NCBI RefSeq assembly: GCF_036588685.1
Contig: NC_086377.1
Location: 58,838,001-58,902,000, forward strand
Length of the DNA: 64,000 bases
Source of the DNA: Mytilus trossulus
Taxonomy: Eukaryota
Direction: 5' to 3'
Shown here: positions 13,842 to 25,059 of the stretch, one piece after another
Numbering within the stretch: the first letter of the stretch is position 1
Layout: every line of letters begins with the position of its first letter
Program-made: the position numbers and the translations under genes
The notes under the pieces: model-generated
Told to the model about the DNA's origin: nothing
What the model saw: only the letters and a program-made list of their open reading frames with translations
The model's database searches: none

Positions 13842-14222
13842 AATAACGGTACCAATTTTCTTGCACCAGATGCGCATTTCGACAATACATGTCTCTTCAG
13901 TGATGCTCGTTGCCAAAATATTTGAAATTCAAAGCATATTTGAAAGATGAAGAGCTATAATCCAAAAGGTCCAAAATGTATAGCCAAATCCGTGAAAGGA
14001 ATCAGAGCTTTGCACGAGGGAGATACATTCCTTAATTTATAAAAATTTCTATCATTTTGTAACAGCAAATTTTAATAACACAAAAAAATCCGTATTTTCA
14101 TGCCAGTACCGAAGTACTGGCTACTGGGCTGGTGATACCCTCGGTGACTAATAGTCCACCAGCAGAGGCATCGACCCAGTGGTAGTAATAATATTAACGG
14201 TACCAATTTTCTTGCACCAGAT
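13842..14222 (-). mobile_element. Retrozyme-like element: one 351-nt monomer plus short terminal redundancy, with an intact hammerhead at 13863-13906
   Basis: aacggtaccaattttcttgcaccagat occurs twice, 351 nt apart; minus strand reads gcatcaCTGAAGAgacatgtattgtcGAAAtgcgcaTCtggtgc. Confidence 0.85.
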
Positions 14223-14780
14223 TAACATACGAACACGAACCTGGATATAATTGCAACGCGTCGGCAGGACATGAATAACAATTATAGAATTTGTTTTATT
14301 TTGTATGACCATCTCGTTTTTTTAACCGAAACATAATATGAACGATGTAGTAACTCCACATTATGAGATACCAAAATCATGTTCAAAATAGAAATGTCTA
14401 TGTATGAAAAATGATGATTAGGGGTTAAAATATGATTTTTAATTTTTGATTTTGAGAGGGGGATGGTTATATTCAAACAAACACATTTACAGAGCCTTTT
14501 GTTAAATTTGGAAAAAGTTACCTTCTCAAACATGTCAAATATCCATATTCCATTTATTTTTAGGACCAATATCCCATATCCCTAAAATCAAAATGGCAAA
14601 TATCCCGTATCCCAATATACCCAATACACGCCTCTCCAATGTTATACGTAAATTATGAAAAATTTATTATAAAACCTTCGAGTTTTATTTGTTACTACTT
14701 TTTTTTAGGACAAAACAGTGTGTTGAAAAGGACAGAGACATGTTACCTCATATGTAATTGGAAACTTTATCGAGGCAAAC

Positions 14781-15003
14781 ATGGCGACCAAAGAAGAGGA
14801 TAATTTTCTACGCGTTGTTTACTTAAACTACCGAGTAGGAACAACGGCGCTAAGGAGGTATTTTGACAGCGTCCATCCTAATTTGCCAGCCGATTTGTCA
14901 TCTCCATCAAATAAGGCAATACTCGCAAGCCTGCACAAACCACCTAGAGGACAAAGGAGAGTATTGTACCAGGAGCAATGGGATATTTTATACCCTCCTA
15001 CAG
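14781..15003 (+). CDS. Gene B coding exon 1: N-terminal part of a DZIP3-like HEPN domain
   Basis: Acceptor at 14707-14708, ATG 14781, donor ACAG|gtaatt (phase 1); EEDNFLRV..GTTALRRYFD..LYQEQWDILYP motifs typical of the family. Confidence 0.85.
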
Positions 15004-15456
15004 GTAATTTGAAAAAAATGGTTGAAAAAGATGTGGAAAATCAATTTAACCATGCCGTAATACAATCACAGTAATTAATAATAAACACTTGCTTTATGTG
15101 AAAAGGTGTGTATTAGTATCATAAGTCGTTATAAGAGCACACAATGGAAAATAACGCCCATTTATCTGTTTAATTACATCAGAAGAGATACAAATGAGAT
15201 ACATATTTTTTGGGAAACTCCTGTAAGAGTGACCCATCACAAAAAAAATTACTAGCTCCCCCTGCCTTGGATGCCCTTAAATCTTCTAAAAACAAAAAAA
15301 AATAACTTTTGTATAGCGGACACACTTGAAAAATATCTAAATAAAAAATGTTTAAAATGAATAATTCATTAGGATCTCCTCAGATTATCATTGAAGCGTT
15401 TGCGATGGAAAGGTGAAGAAAACGATGAGATATTTGATTTTAATACTTTTTTGTAG

Positions 15457-15701
15457 GGGCACCTGTAGTTTCTTCTGCTAAATTAGATGTTACTTTAATG
15501 GTTTGTCTTCTACGGAATTTACCACCAATGGTTGCTCCACCAACCCCGAATGGATTTGATGCCTTACCACTATCTAGTGACGTGTCTAATGGTGCTCACA
15601 TAGCTCGAATAAAATATTATAAAAATTTCATTGTTTCGCATTCAAAGGATGGAAAACTATCCGATGCTGATTTCAACAAAATATGGATTGATATGGATGT
15701 G
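15457..15701 (+). CDS. Gene B exon 2: HEPN core
   Basis: ttgtag|GGGCA...GATGTG|gtatga (phase 1-0); SSAKLDVTLMVCLLRNL..PPTPNGFDALP..IARIKYYKNFIVSH..DFNKIW. Confidence 0.85.
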
Positions 15702-16099
15702 GTATGATTATTTCATCTTTTAATCTTATTCAGCATGTGGTCGTTGCGTGACATCTGAGACAATGCGATTATAACTAAGAAACTTTAAAATAAGCAAAAT
15801 AATTTCTCATTTGAATATTTCCGTATTGATATTTCTCAGTTCCAACTTTAAAGTGAGATTGTGAGAAACACTTTGACAAAAACGGTACCACTTTTACTGC
15901 ACCAGAGGTACATTAAATTATACATACTAGAGGTGAAATAATCCAAATTTCGTAACCTTATACACACGTTAAAGATCGGATCAAACAAAAAAGACATAAA
16001 AATATAGATAAATTCCATATTGACATTTCAAAGTTCCAACATACAAAACTTAAAAAAAATCGAAATAAAAAAAAAATGTCTATAACTTTTTTTTTTATA

Positions 16100-16585
16100 C
16101 TTTTTGGAATTTTTGGTTCTCAATGCTCTTCAACTTTGTATTTGTTTTGCTTTACAATTTTTTTATCTAAGTGTCATTAATGAGTCTTAAGTAGACGAAA
16201 CGCGCGTCTTAAATTATAATCCTGGAACCTTGATAACTATTTACACCACTGTGTCGATGCCACTGCTGGTGGACGTTTCGTCACCAAGGATATCAACATC
16301 CCAGTAGTCACCACTTCGGTGTTGACAAAAATATCAATTGTAAAGTAATTTTAATAAATTTGTTGTTGACAAAACTTTAATGATTTCGAAAATATAATGA
16401 TTCTCCTATCCCAGGAATGGATAACCCTTAGTTGTTTTTGGCTCGACTTTTTTTTAAATTTTTGGTCCTAAATGCTCTTCAACTATGTTCTTGTTTGGCT
16501 TTACAACTATTTTGATCTGAGCGTCACTGATGAGTCTTATGTAGACGAAACGCGTGTCTGGCGTATTAAATTATTATCCTGGTAT
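16100..16585 (+). mobile_element. Retrozyme-like tandem repeat in gene B intron 2 with two hammerhead motifs 350 nt apart
   Basis: gtagacGAAA at 16191 and 16541; second copy (16520-16564) gcgtcaCTGATGAgtct(tatgt)agacGAAAcgcgtgTCtggcgt has an intact core, first copy is mutated (ttaatga). Confidence 0.85.
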
Positions 16586-17745
16586 CTATCTACACTTGTC
16601 AATTTTTAACTACACTAATCATCAAAACTAATGTCCAACTGAAGTCATATCAATGTTTTGATGCATGTAGAGGCAAAAAGAGGCGATTATTTTTCAAGTC
16701 CAAAATGAGCTTAGTTTACCGTTAATAAACCTCACAGACTGCTATCAATTTACGAAAATTAACGAATATCACGGCCCACACCATGTGTAAATTTCAAACA
16801 ATCTAGGGCTTCCATGAATTATTTCGATTCTAATAAGACAAATACGGTCATTAAAAAACTGAAGCGAGGGTGGGTATGCTGTGTGTGTGGCTGTTCTTTT
16901 TTACTCCCTGTTGGATAAAGCTCAAATATCTTTATAAATATGTAGCTTGCGTAGGTTATTTCGTGAACAGCTGCTTGTAAAAAAACAACTTTTTAATTCT
17001 TTAAATTCTCAAACCCAACATTTTCCATTTTTTATTTACATGTTTTTCTCGTAAGCTTCCGTCAAATCCAAAGTTGACATTAAGGAGCTGCCATATTGAC
17101 TTGCTGAAATGAGTAAATATGCGAATAATGCAATAGAATAGAAAATAAAACAAAACCTACCTCAAAAATCAGTTTTAATACAAGATCATACGAATTCCGA
17201 TGGTTCACGTAACAGAAAGCTTTCAACTTTAGCGGTTTCATTTGTATGACGTCAAGTTTTGAAATGACTTAAACGCGCCAAAAAGATTAAAAGACTTTCG
17301 CTGAATTTTATTTAATTTCTATTTTGTTGATTTTTCCGAGCTCTTGTGCATTACTTCTTTTTATAATGCATACGAATAAGAATAAAAGTTATTTTGTCTT
17401 TTTTAAATTTCACTTTTTAAAACAATAAAATCGGCAAAGGGTCTGCAAATAGGTTCCAATACATGTAGATTTACGTGGGAAGTATATTGTAACAGCCCCT
17501 ATTATATATATCTCTGAGTCTGCGCTAAGTATATTTTATCGAGAATTTTATCACAGTGTTGTTTACAAAACTACAGATGCACGTCATATTAGAATATTTA
17601 ATATTCCAAATCAAAACTATTTCAAGTTGTTACACTATGATTATCAAATTAAATGATCGAAGATAATTTAAAAGAAAACTTGTAATCATATTTGTTTTAT
17701 TTTGTTAAATATAATGTTTATGCATGTTCTTATTATATTCTAAAG

Positions 17746-17968
17746 GCCATTAATGGTTTAGGAAACCAACAAGATATAACAGATGCGGCAGATGCCAAAA
17801 CTAAAGTTTTAGACTTTAAAGCTATTATGGAACACTTGGATATTAGGATGGAAATTAAGCGAAATCGTAAACGATCTTTGGAGCATTCAGGAAAAATAGT
17901 CGAGCACGCCAGCAAAATAGCAAAACTTGAAACAACTGTTGAAAATTTGAACATTGGCCATGGCAAAG
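17746..17968 (+). CDS. Gene B exon 3: end of HEPN domain + coiled coil
   Basis: aaag|GCCATT...AAAG|gtgacg (phase 0-1); AINGLGNQQDITDAADAKTKVLD...EHASKIAKLETTVENL. Confidence 0.8.
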
Positions 17969-18054
17969 GTGACGGTTAATGAATAATGTTTAATAACAGA
18001 TCTTGATGCAAGACAAATACATCACATATAACTCTTATTTCTATAGGCAGCATT

Positions 18055-18345
18055 TTGATGATCCTTTTCAAATTCGTACTTTATTATGCTTGATTTTCAG
18101 TGATACTTTGGTAAGAATTTAGATGATCCTTTTCAAATTCGTACTTTTTTATGCATGATTTTTTAGTGATACTTTGGTGAGAGTTTAGATGATCCTTTTC
18201 AAATTTGTACTTTATTGTGCATGATTTTTAGTGATACTTTGGTGAGATTTAAATATTCCTTTTTAAATTCGTACTTAATTATTCATGTTTTTAGTGATAT
18301 TTTTGTGAGAGTTTAGAAGATCCTTTTCAAATTCGTAGTTTATAT
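18055..18345. repeat. ~65-bp minisatellite, ~4.4 copies
   Basis: gatgatccttttcaaattcgtacttt...gtgatactttggtgaga recurs at 18057, 18122, 18187, ~18251, ~18316. Confidence 0.85.
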
Positions 18346-18584
18346 AACTTTTGAATCGAACACCACTGTGATTCAAAATCTTATGCATCCTGGGTAATAT
18401 TTTCAAAAGTGTACACCAAAACATCGTGATTGGTTAATAATGTCATAAACAATGGAAATTCGAGCAATGAAGTGACGTTATTTTCGTTTGAGGGTACGAA
18501 CGATGAAATTACCCATGATTCTTTAGATTCCGAAACGGCCAATTGACGTACATAATTCTTATTCTGCTATTATAACGAGTATAT

Positions 18585-18960
18585 AGATATAGGAAGATGT
18601 GGTGTGAGTGCCAATGAGACAACTCTCCATCCAAATAACAATTCAAAAAATAAACCATTATAGGTTGAAGTACAGCTTTCAACACGGAGCCTTGGCTCAC
18701 ACCGAACAACAAGCTATGAAGGGCCCCAAAATTACTAGTGTAAAACCATTCAAACGGGAAAACCAAAGGTCTAATCTATATAAACAAAACGAGAAACGAG
18801 AAACACGTATATATTACATAAACAAACGACAACTACTGTACATCAGATTCCTGACTTAGGATAGGTGCAAACATTTGCAGCGGGATTAAACGTTTTAATG
18901 GATCCAAACCTTCTCCCTTTTTCTGAAACAATAGCATAACATCACAACATAGAAAAACAT
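18585..18960 (+). mobile_element. Abundant interspersed repeat family beginning gaagatgtgg..gccaatgagacaact
   Basis: Related copies at ~2685, ~10455, ~23570 (+) and ~5537-5660, ~8090-8185, ~8330-8670, ~21830-22280, ~36930-37145 (-). Confidence 0.75.
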
Positions 18961-19071
18961 TGATTGTTCTAAAACAAGCTTGATATCAACAAAAAGTGTG
19001 AAGCCTTTATAGATGTTTTGTTTTACTTGTTTTACTAGATTAGTTAATATGCGTTCATTCTTTTTTCGTAG

Positions 19072-19143
19072 TTGAGCAATCAAGTGCAGACAATGCTAGC
19101 AATATAGCAATACTAGAAACAACAGTGGAATACATTGAACAAG
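19072..19143 (+). CDS. Gene B exon 4: coiled-coil mini-exon
   Basis: ttcgtag|TTGAG...CAAG|gtaata; 72 nt, phase 1-1; DNASNIAILETTVEYIEQ repeats the end of exon 3. Confidence 0.75.
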
Positions 19144-19329
19144 GTAATATCAATAGTTTTCTAATCGAGCTTGATGTGTTATAAATACATTAGATATTAC
19201 ACATCTAGCTACATTTTATAACAAGTTTGATGCTAGTGATAAACTTTAAGCCTTTTCCAGAGCTTTTTTTTTAACTCGTTTTAGTTGATATCTGAATATG
19301 TTTTTGTACTTTTTAATAAAATTTTATAA

Positions 19330-19532
19330 AAGAGGGACGAAAGATATCAAAGGGACAGTCAAACTCATAAATCTAAAACAAACTGACAACGCCATGGCTA
19401 AAAATGAAAAAGACAAACAGAAAAACAATAGTACATATGACACAACATAGAAAACTAAAGAATTAACAACACGAACCCCACCAAAAAGTAGGGGGTGATC
19501 TCAGGTGCTCCGGAAGGGTAAGCAGATCCTGC
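19330..19532 (+). repeat. Interspersed repeat family beginning gagggacgaaagata..agggacagtcaaactcataaat
   Basis: Related copies at ~25110-25315 and ~45866-46055. Confidence 0.7.
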
Positions 19533-19584
19533 TAAATGAGAGAAAGAGTTAGTGGGTTCATTATATTTTCATCGTTATTTTCAG

Positions 19585-19629
19585 AAGTAAAGTCAGTAAG
19601 GATAGACGTCGATGTCAATGGTCCAAAAG
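19585..19629 (+). CDS. Gene B exon 5: linker micro-exon
   Basis: tttcag|AAGTA...AAAG|gtgaat; 45 nt, phase 1-1, open (EVKSVRIDVDVNGPK). Confidence 0.6.
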
Positions 19630-19823
19630 GTGAATACTTTATATAGACTATTTCACATACTTTTTTGCTACCCCAGCGAATGGGATAAATTATTATTTTA
19701 TAGATCAACTGTCAGAATTTAGTCCATTCTATGTGGTAAATTCTCTTTTATTTTTTTATTTCAATTTCTATTTTTTTTCATAATATGATGCGGATACATA
19801 CAAAGAGAGACATATAGATTCTT

Positions 19824-19967
19824 ACACTGCAACAAGTGTATTACGATATTTCTCCACTCGAGACAGTTAAATTTTATTATTTAAAGCGCGAGGCTTGCCG
19901 AGCCCTTTAAATAATAAAATTTAACTGTCGAGAGTGGAGAAATATCGTAATACACGAGTTATAGTGT
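19824..19967. repeat. Long palindromic core of a non-autonomous element; diverged second copy at ~20500-20665
   Basis: Arms 19836-19886 and 19905-19955 are almost perfectly complementary around cgcgaggcttgccgagcc. Confidence 0.8.
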
Positions 19968-21089
19968 TGGAATCTGTTTCTCTAATGCTTTTTATCGTTC
20001 TTTTTCAAAAAAAATCAGAAAATTGTGCTCTTTTTATGCGACGTCATCAGCTAAGGTCTCCTTTTTTGATGACGTCACAATAGGAAAATTGAGAAGAAAA
20101 CAAAACATTTTGACATCATAATCAAATTTCGACTAATCATTTGCCGAGAACAGATTTTTCACTAGTGAGGAGAAATATTTTTCTCACACCGGTCAGGAAA
20201 TGTGAAAATAGCACAAAAATTAGAGAAAACTAATTTTCCATGTACAACCCTTTTATTATCAAACCAAAATTATTTAGTTACTTTCATTTTTATTGTTTCT
20301 TTTATTTATTAAAAACAACTGATTTATTAAACCTACATTGTAACTAATAAGAATTAAGCCTCAGATATAATAAGGATTAATGGATTTGAAATGCCTCTAA
20401 AGACTGGTTGGTATAAATATACATGTTGAATGACTGCTTATGTTGAAAAATGTAATATATTGTATTTCATATATATGTACCAAGTTGTACTTTAAAAAAT
20501 AGATTCTACTACTGCATCGAGTGTGAAACGATATTTATCCACTCGAGACAGTCAAATCTTCAAATTTAAAACGCGAGTCTCGCTGAGCGTTTTACATATT
20601 TATTTAAAATTTAACTGTCAAGAGTGGATAAATATCAGATAACACCAGCTTCGGTGGTGGCACCTGTTTTTGTAATGATTATCTAACAACATATGCAGGC
20701 AAACTTATTTCTTCTTTTTGATTGATCTGCAAAAAGATGTGATCTTTCTATTTGACCTCATCAGGCATGGTCGCCTTTTTTCCTGCCGTCACATTAGGAA
20801 ATTCAAAGGAAATCAAGAAAATCGACGTCACAATTTGATTTTAACAAGAACTGAAATCAAACGAATCATACGTTAATTTTTTTTTTATAAAATGGGTGCC
20901 GAAAGGGATAAATTGACGATAAATTGGAGAAATAAAATTAACTATAAGAGGAAAACAACGACACAACAGAAGCACTAAAACACAACACACACGGAAACAA
21001 ACTATAAGATAACAATAGCCATTTTCCTGACTTAGGACGGGACATTTTAAGATAACATTTTAAGCAAATCACTTAAATTTGTTCATTAG

Positions 21090-21407
21090 GTGACTTTATG
21101 GAATTTAAAGACAAACTCATACATTCAACAATGCTTGACAAAGAGGTTTTGGATAACCTAATTTCTAAATGCGTTCTGACACTAGATGACAGAGAAGAAA
21201 TTGTTAACTGTGATAACCAATCATCTCGTAACAAAAAGCTCTTAAAATTACTCATCAATCGACCATACCACACACTCGGTATACTCGTTGAAGCAATGAA
21301 AGAGTCTGAGCAAAAGAGCCACACTTTACTGCTTTCCAAAATGGAGGCCAAGGTCGAAGACAATGTTATGACATTACAAAATGAACCACTCATAGATGGC
21401 TTATCAG
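21090..21407 (+). CDS. Gene B exon 6: CARD-like death-fold domain 1
   Basis: cattag|GTGAC...TCAG|gtaagc; 318 nt; VLDNLISKCVLTLDDREEI..QSSRNKKLLKLLINRP is a CARD pattern; same length as paralogous exon 50660-50977. Confidence 0.85.
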
Positions 21408-22313
21408 GTAAGCTTTATTTAAGCGGATTAAAAAGTTGGTTATTAACAGGTAGAAATTGTTAAAGTATTTACCAAATGTATTGAAACAAAAGCATTTGTA
21501 AATAGGAAACTGCTATATACACTTTATCAATTCGTTTGAAGTATTTGAGATTGTGATTTTCTTATTTGCGTATTACTTTCGTTTAGAATTGTCCTCGGAG
21601 TTCGGAGTTTTTGTTATTTTACATTAGAGTAACTGCGAAGTAACTCATAAATCGTACTTTCGTATTAATTTGAATTGTTGACACAATTGGTAATGTTTTT
21701 TTGTTATTCAATGTTAACTGTTTTGTATTTTATCCCAGTACACCATTTTGTCCCAGACTAAAGTTTTCTTTTTGACCTTGTTCTTAATATATATTTTGAT
21801 CTTTATCGTATTTAATGTGTGTCATAGATCAAATTTACTTGTTGAGTGTACGTTTTCTTGTTTAAGTCAATATATCTTTTTAATTGAGTTAATCATATAA
21901 GTCATTGGTTTTTTTCAGTGGGTTTTTTTCATTTTTAAATGTTACATTACTCATTCATGTTGAAGCGAAGGTTGGAACCTGTTTAAACGCGTTTCAATTA
22001 TATGAACCTGGCCTAAGTAAGGAATCTGTTCAAAAGCTGTCGTTTTTTGAAGTTTATAAGTGTTTCTCGTTTCTCGTTTAGATACAGATTACAGCAATGT
22101 TTTCCTGTTTGAATATTTTAACACTAGTATATGTGCATCCCTTTGTAGCTTTCTGTTCGATGTGGGACAAAGTTACATGTGTATGGCTATACCTTAACTT
22201 ATTATTGTTTACTTTGTACACAATGTGACTTAGTTTCAGAGTTGTCAAATTAGCACCTAACCAAATCTTCTTATTTCTATATAGAGTTTTTGTTATAATG
22301 TATTATATTTCAG

Positions 22314-22628
22314 ATACAGAGAAACAAATCGTTAAAGTAATCAAGTGTTATAACACAATAGTCCATAACATTGACATTGAAAAAACTGGAATTCTATACA
22401 AACTCCATGATATTTTAAGTGAGGAAGAGAATACAGAAATGACACCAATGGATGTTTCTGTGGAAGACAGAAATAGAGGAATTTTAGGAAAAATCATTGG
22501 ACACAATACTTCATCTGCCTACAAAATCTTCCTTGAAGTTCTTAAAGAAGATAGCTGTTATAATGAATATGCTACAAAAATAGAGGAAACAGATGTCACA
22601 CAATTTGACCTCCAGTTACTAAGTATTG
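22314..22628 (+). CDS. Gene B exon 7: CARD-like domain 2
   Basis: tttcag|ATACA...ATTG|gtaggt; 315 nt; EDRNRGILGKII..SAYKIFLEVLKED; homologous to 52365-52682. Confidence 0.8.
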
Positions 22629-22707
22629 GTAGGTCAACGAACAAAATATTAAAAAAAACCCCAACAAAATTAGACATTTATAATTTATTTTTACAACAAT
22701 GTTACTG

Positions 22708-22960
22708 TAAGGTGGTACCTAACACTAGAGGGAGATAACTCTGTAAAATCAGCTAAACGTTTAATTTACATTGTGTTGTTAAGGGAATATTAAGTTTTTG
22801 AATGATCAAAATAAGTATTTGTCATTGATAAAATGGTTGGTTCAAATGTTTTGAAATTTTTATATTTTTTGTCAAAGGGTCAAAGTAAATACTTTGTCGA
22901 AATTTTATAAAAATTAAACAAGCCAAATTAATTTTAGTGAAAGTGTTGGGTACCACCTTA
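22708..22960. mobile_element. MITE, ~250 bp
   Basis: TIR taaggtggtacctaacact / agtgttgggtaccacctta. Confidence 0.8.
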
Positions 22961-24376
22961 AGCCCCAATCCCACTAGACCAAGATCGCACCATGCTCTAT
23001 GCGATCTAAAATAAATTCATATCGTGGTGAGGTCGGGGTATGAGCGGCATGAAAATATAGATTTTCGTTGCTTTCACGATGCTACTAAGTCCTCATTACG
23101 CGTCTACAATGATCCCTCTACGATTATACCTCGTTCTTACCGGGCTTATTCTGCGACCTCACTATGCTTATCAAGATCTGTCTACGCTCATCACATTCTC
23201 ACTACGACCAAACCCCGAGTTATCCGATTGCAACACGATCTTACCACGCTTCTATTGCGATTATAGCACGTTCTTACCACGATTATACTACGTTCATACC
23301 GGAATTTTACTACGTTCTCAGCAATAACGTGAACATCGTGTTCCATATTAATACAGTCCCGTTCCTTCTTTTTTGATTAATACGTAGATTTCTAGAACAC
23401 GTACGCGTGGGTCGGTGGTAGGGGGTTATGTATAGGCAGAGGGAGCTCTGATAGTAACGAATCCTGATCAAGCAGAGATGTCGGACAGACCAATCCTACC
23501 TAAATTATACCCATTCCTTGTCCATAAAGCTCAAATGAAGATAGCAGAGATGACACAGATGTGTCAATAGATATAGGAAGATGTGGTATAAGTGCCATTT
23601 AGACAACTCCCCATCAAAGTAACAATTTATAACTGTAAACAATTTAAGGCAAAAGTACGGCCTTCAAAACGGAGCTTTGGCTCACACCGAAAAGCAAACT
23701 ATAATGGCACCCAAAAATTACTAGTGTAAAACCTTTCAAAATCAACGGTCTAATCTATATAAAAACGAGAAGCATGAGTTAGAGAAAATGGACGAGAAGT
23801 CCTTATTACATACAGACAAATAAAACCTGGAGAGATTTAATGTATTTTATGTGAAAATGACAATGAGAATGATGGTCGTAGTATGAACGTAGTCAAGTCG
23901 TAAGAAGAGCGTGATGAGGACGGCAAGGGCGTGCTAGAATCGAACTATGGTCGTGAACAGCGTGGTTTAGTCGTAGGGGAAGCGTATTTTGGTCGCGGCG
24001 AGAACGTGATGGTCGTAGTGAGATCGTTATAACGTCACTGTGAGATCGCAGTGCAGTGTCTCCGAATAGCATCATGCTTTCGCTACGCTAATGCTATGCT
24101 CTAGCTACGCTCTCGCTACGATGGTACAGCGACCTTTGCGATCCAACCGCAATCTAAGTGCGCTCTCACTACGATTCTACCACGATCCGATTTAGCCACG
24201 ACCACACCACGATTGTGTTGAACATGTTCAAAGTTGGCCACGCTTATTACGATCTTGAAGACCTCACCACGACCGTGATACGACCTTACTGAGATCTACA
24301 CGATCGTACTACGCTCATCAAAATTTGCATTTTGTCATAGATCGTAGTGCGATCGTGGCCTAGTGGGACTGCGGTA
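22961..24376. mobile_element. Non-autonomous DNA transposon (~1.4 kb, PIF/Harbinger-like termini) with another repeat inserted at ~23570-23770
   Basis: Imperfect TIR gccccaatcccactagaccaagatcgcac / gtgcgatcgtggcctagtgggactgcggt; many short acgat(c) subterminal motifs. Confidence 0.7.
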
Positions 24377-24559
24377 TTACAATTTCTTGTTTCCTTATAT
24401 GAAAACCCTTCAACATAAAAATGGTCGTCTTTAAGTTAAAACCATAAAAAAACAATATTTTGTATACATTTTAATAGAAACATAAGTCTTTTGTATTCAA
24501 TTATAAGCATAAAACCTTTAATACCTATTAGCATGTCGTAAAGTTATATTGTATTGCTA

Positions 24560-24945
24560 ATTTGTGAATTTCTCTATCCTGAATGTTCTTCCATTTATTT
24601 GTATTGTAGAACTGTCATGTAATGTTTTCAGTTTCGTGTTATATTTAACATTGTCATAAAAGCGGGAGGTTTGGCATGCCACAAAACCAGGTTCAACCCT
24701 CCATTTTTTTTCTTAAAATGTCCTGTACCAAGTCAGCGAAATAGCAATTGTTATCTTATTGTTCGTTTATGTGTGTTTTCCATTGTCGTTTTTTTTTGTT
24801 CCACTTCAGTGTTTCTGTTGTTTCATTGTTTTTTCTTATATTTGAGTTGTTTTCCTCAGCATTAGTTTGTAACCCGGATTTGTTTTCTCTCAATTGATTT
24901 ATGACGTTCGACGTTCGAACAGCGGTATACTACTGTTGCTATTTC
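24560..24945 (+). repeat. Interspersed repeat family ending gaacagcggtatactactgttgc
   Basis: Same terminus at ~3830-3858 and ~12760-12790. Confidence 0.65.
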
Positions 24946-24990
24946 TATGTTCTAATAAATGTTAATATATATATTTCCATTATTATGAAG

Positions 24991-25059
24991 GAAAACAATG
25001 GAGGGAAGGAAAGATAATTGAAAAAGAAAGAAAAAGAAGAAAAGAAAATGGAATGACTG
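24991..25059 (+). CDS. Gene B exon 8: basic micro-exon
   Basis: aag|GAAAA...ACTG|gtaaat; 69 nt, phase 1-1; GKQWREGKIIEKERKRRKENGMT; 3' end and donor conserved at 56376-56414. Confidence 0.7.

Noticed and set aside
18055-18345. CRISPR-like array
   Set aside because: Contiguous tandem units with no unique spacers, in eukaryotic intronic context.
23024-24075. Cluster of short ORFs with higher GC
   Set aside because: They lie in the subterminal repeat zones of a TIR element; low-complexity peptides with no transposase motifs.
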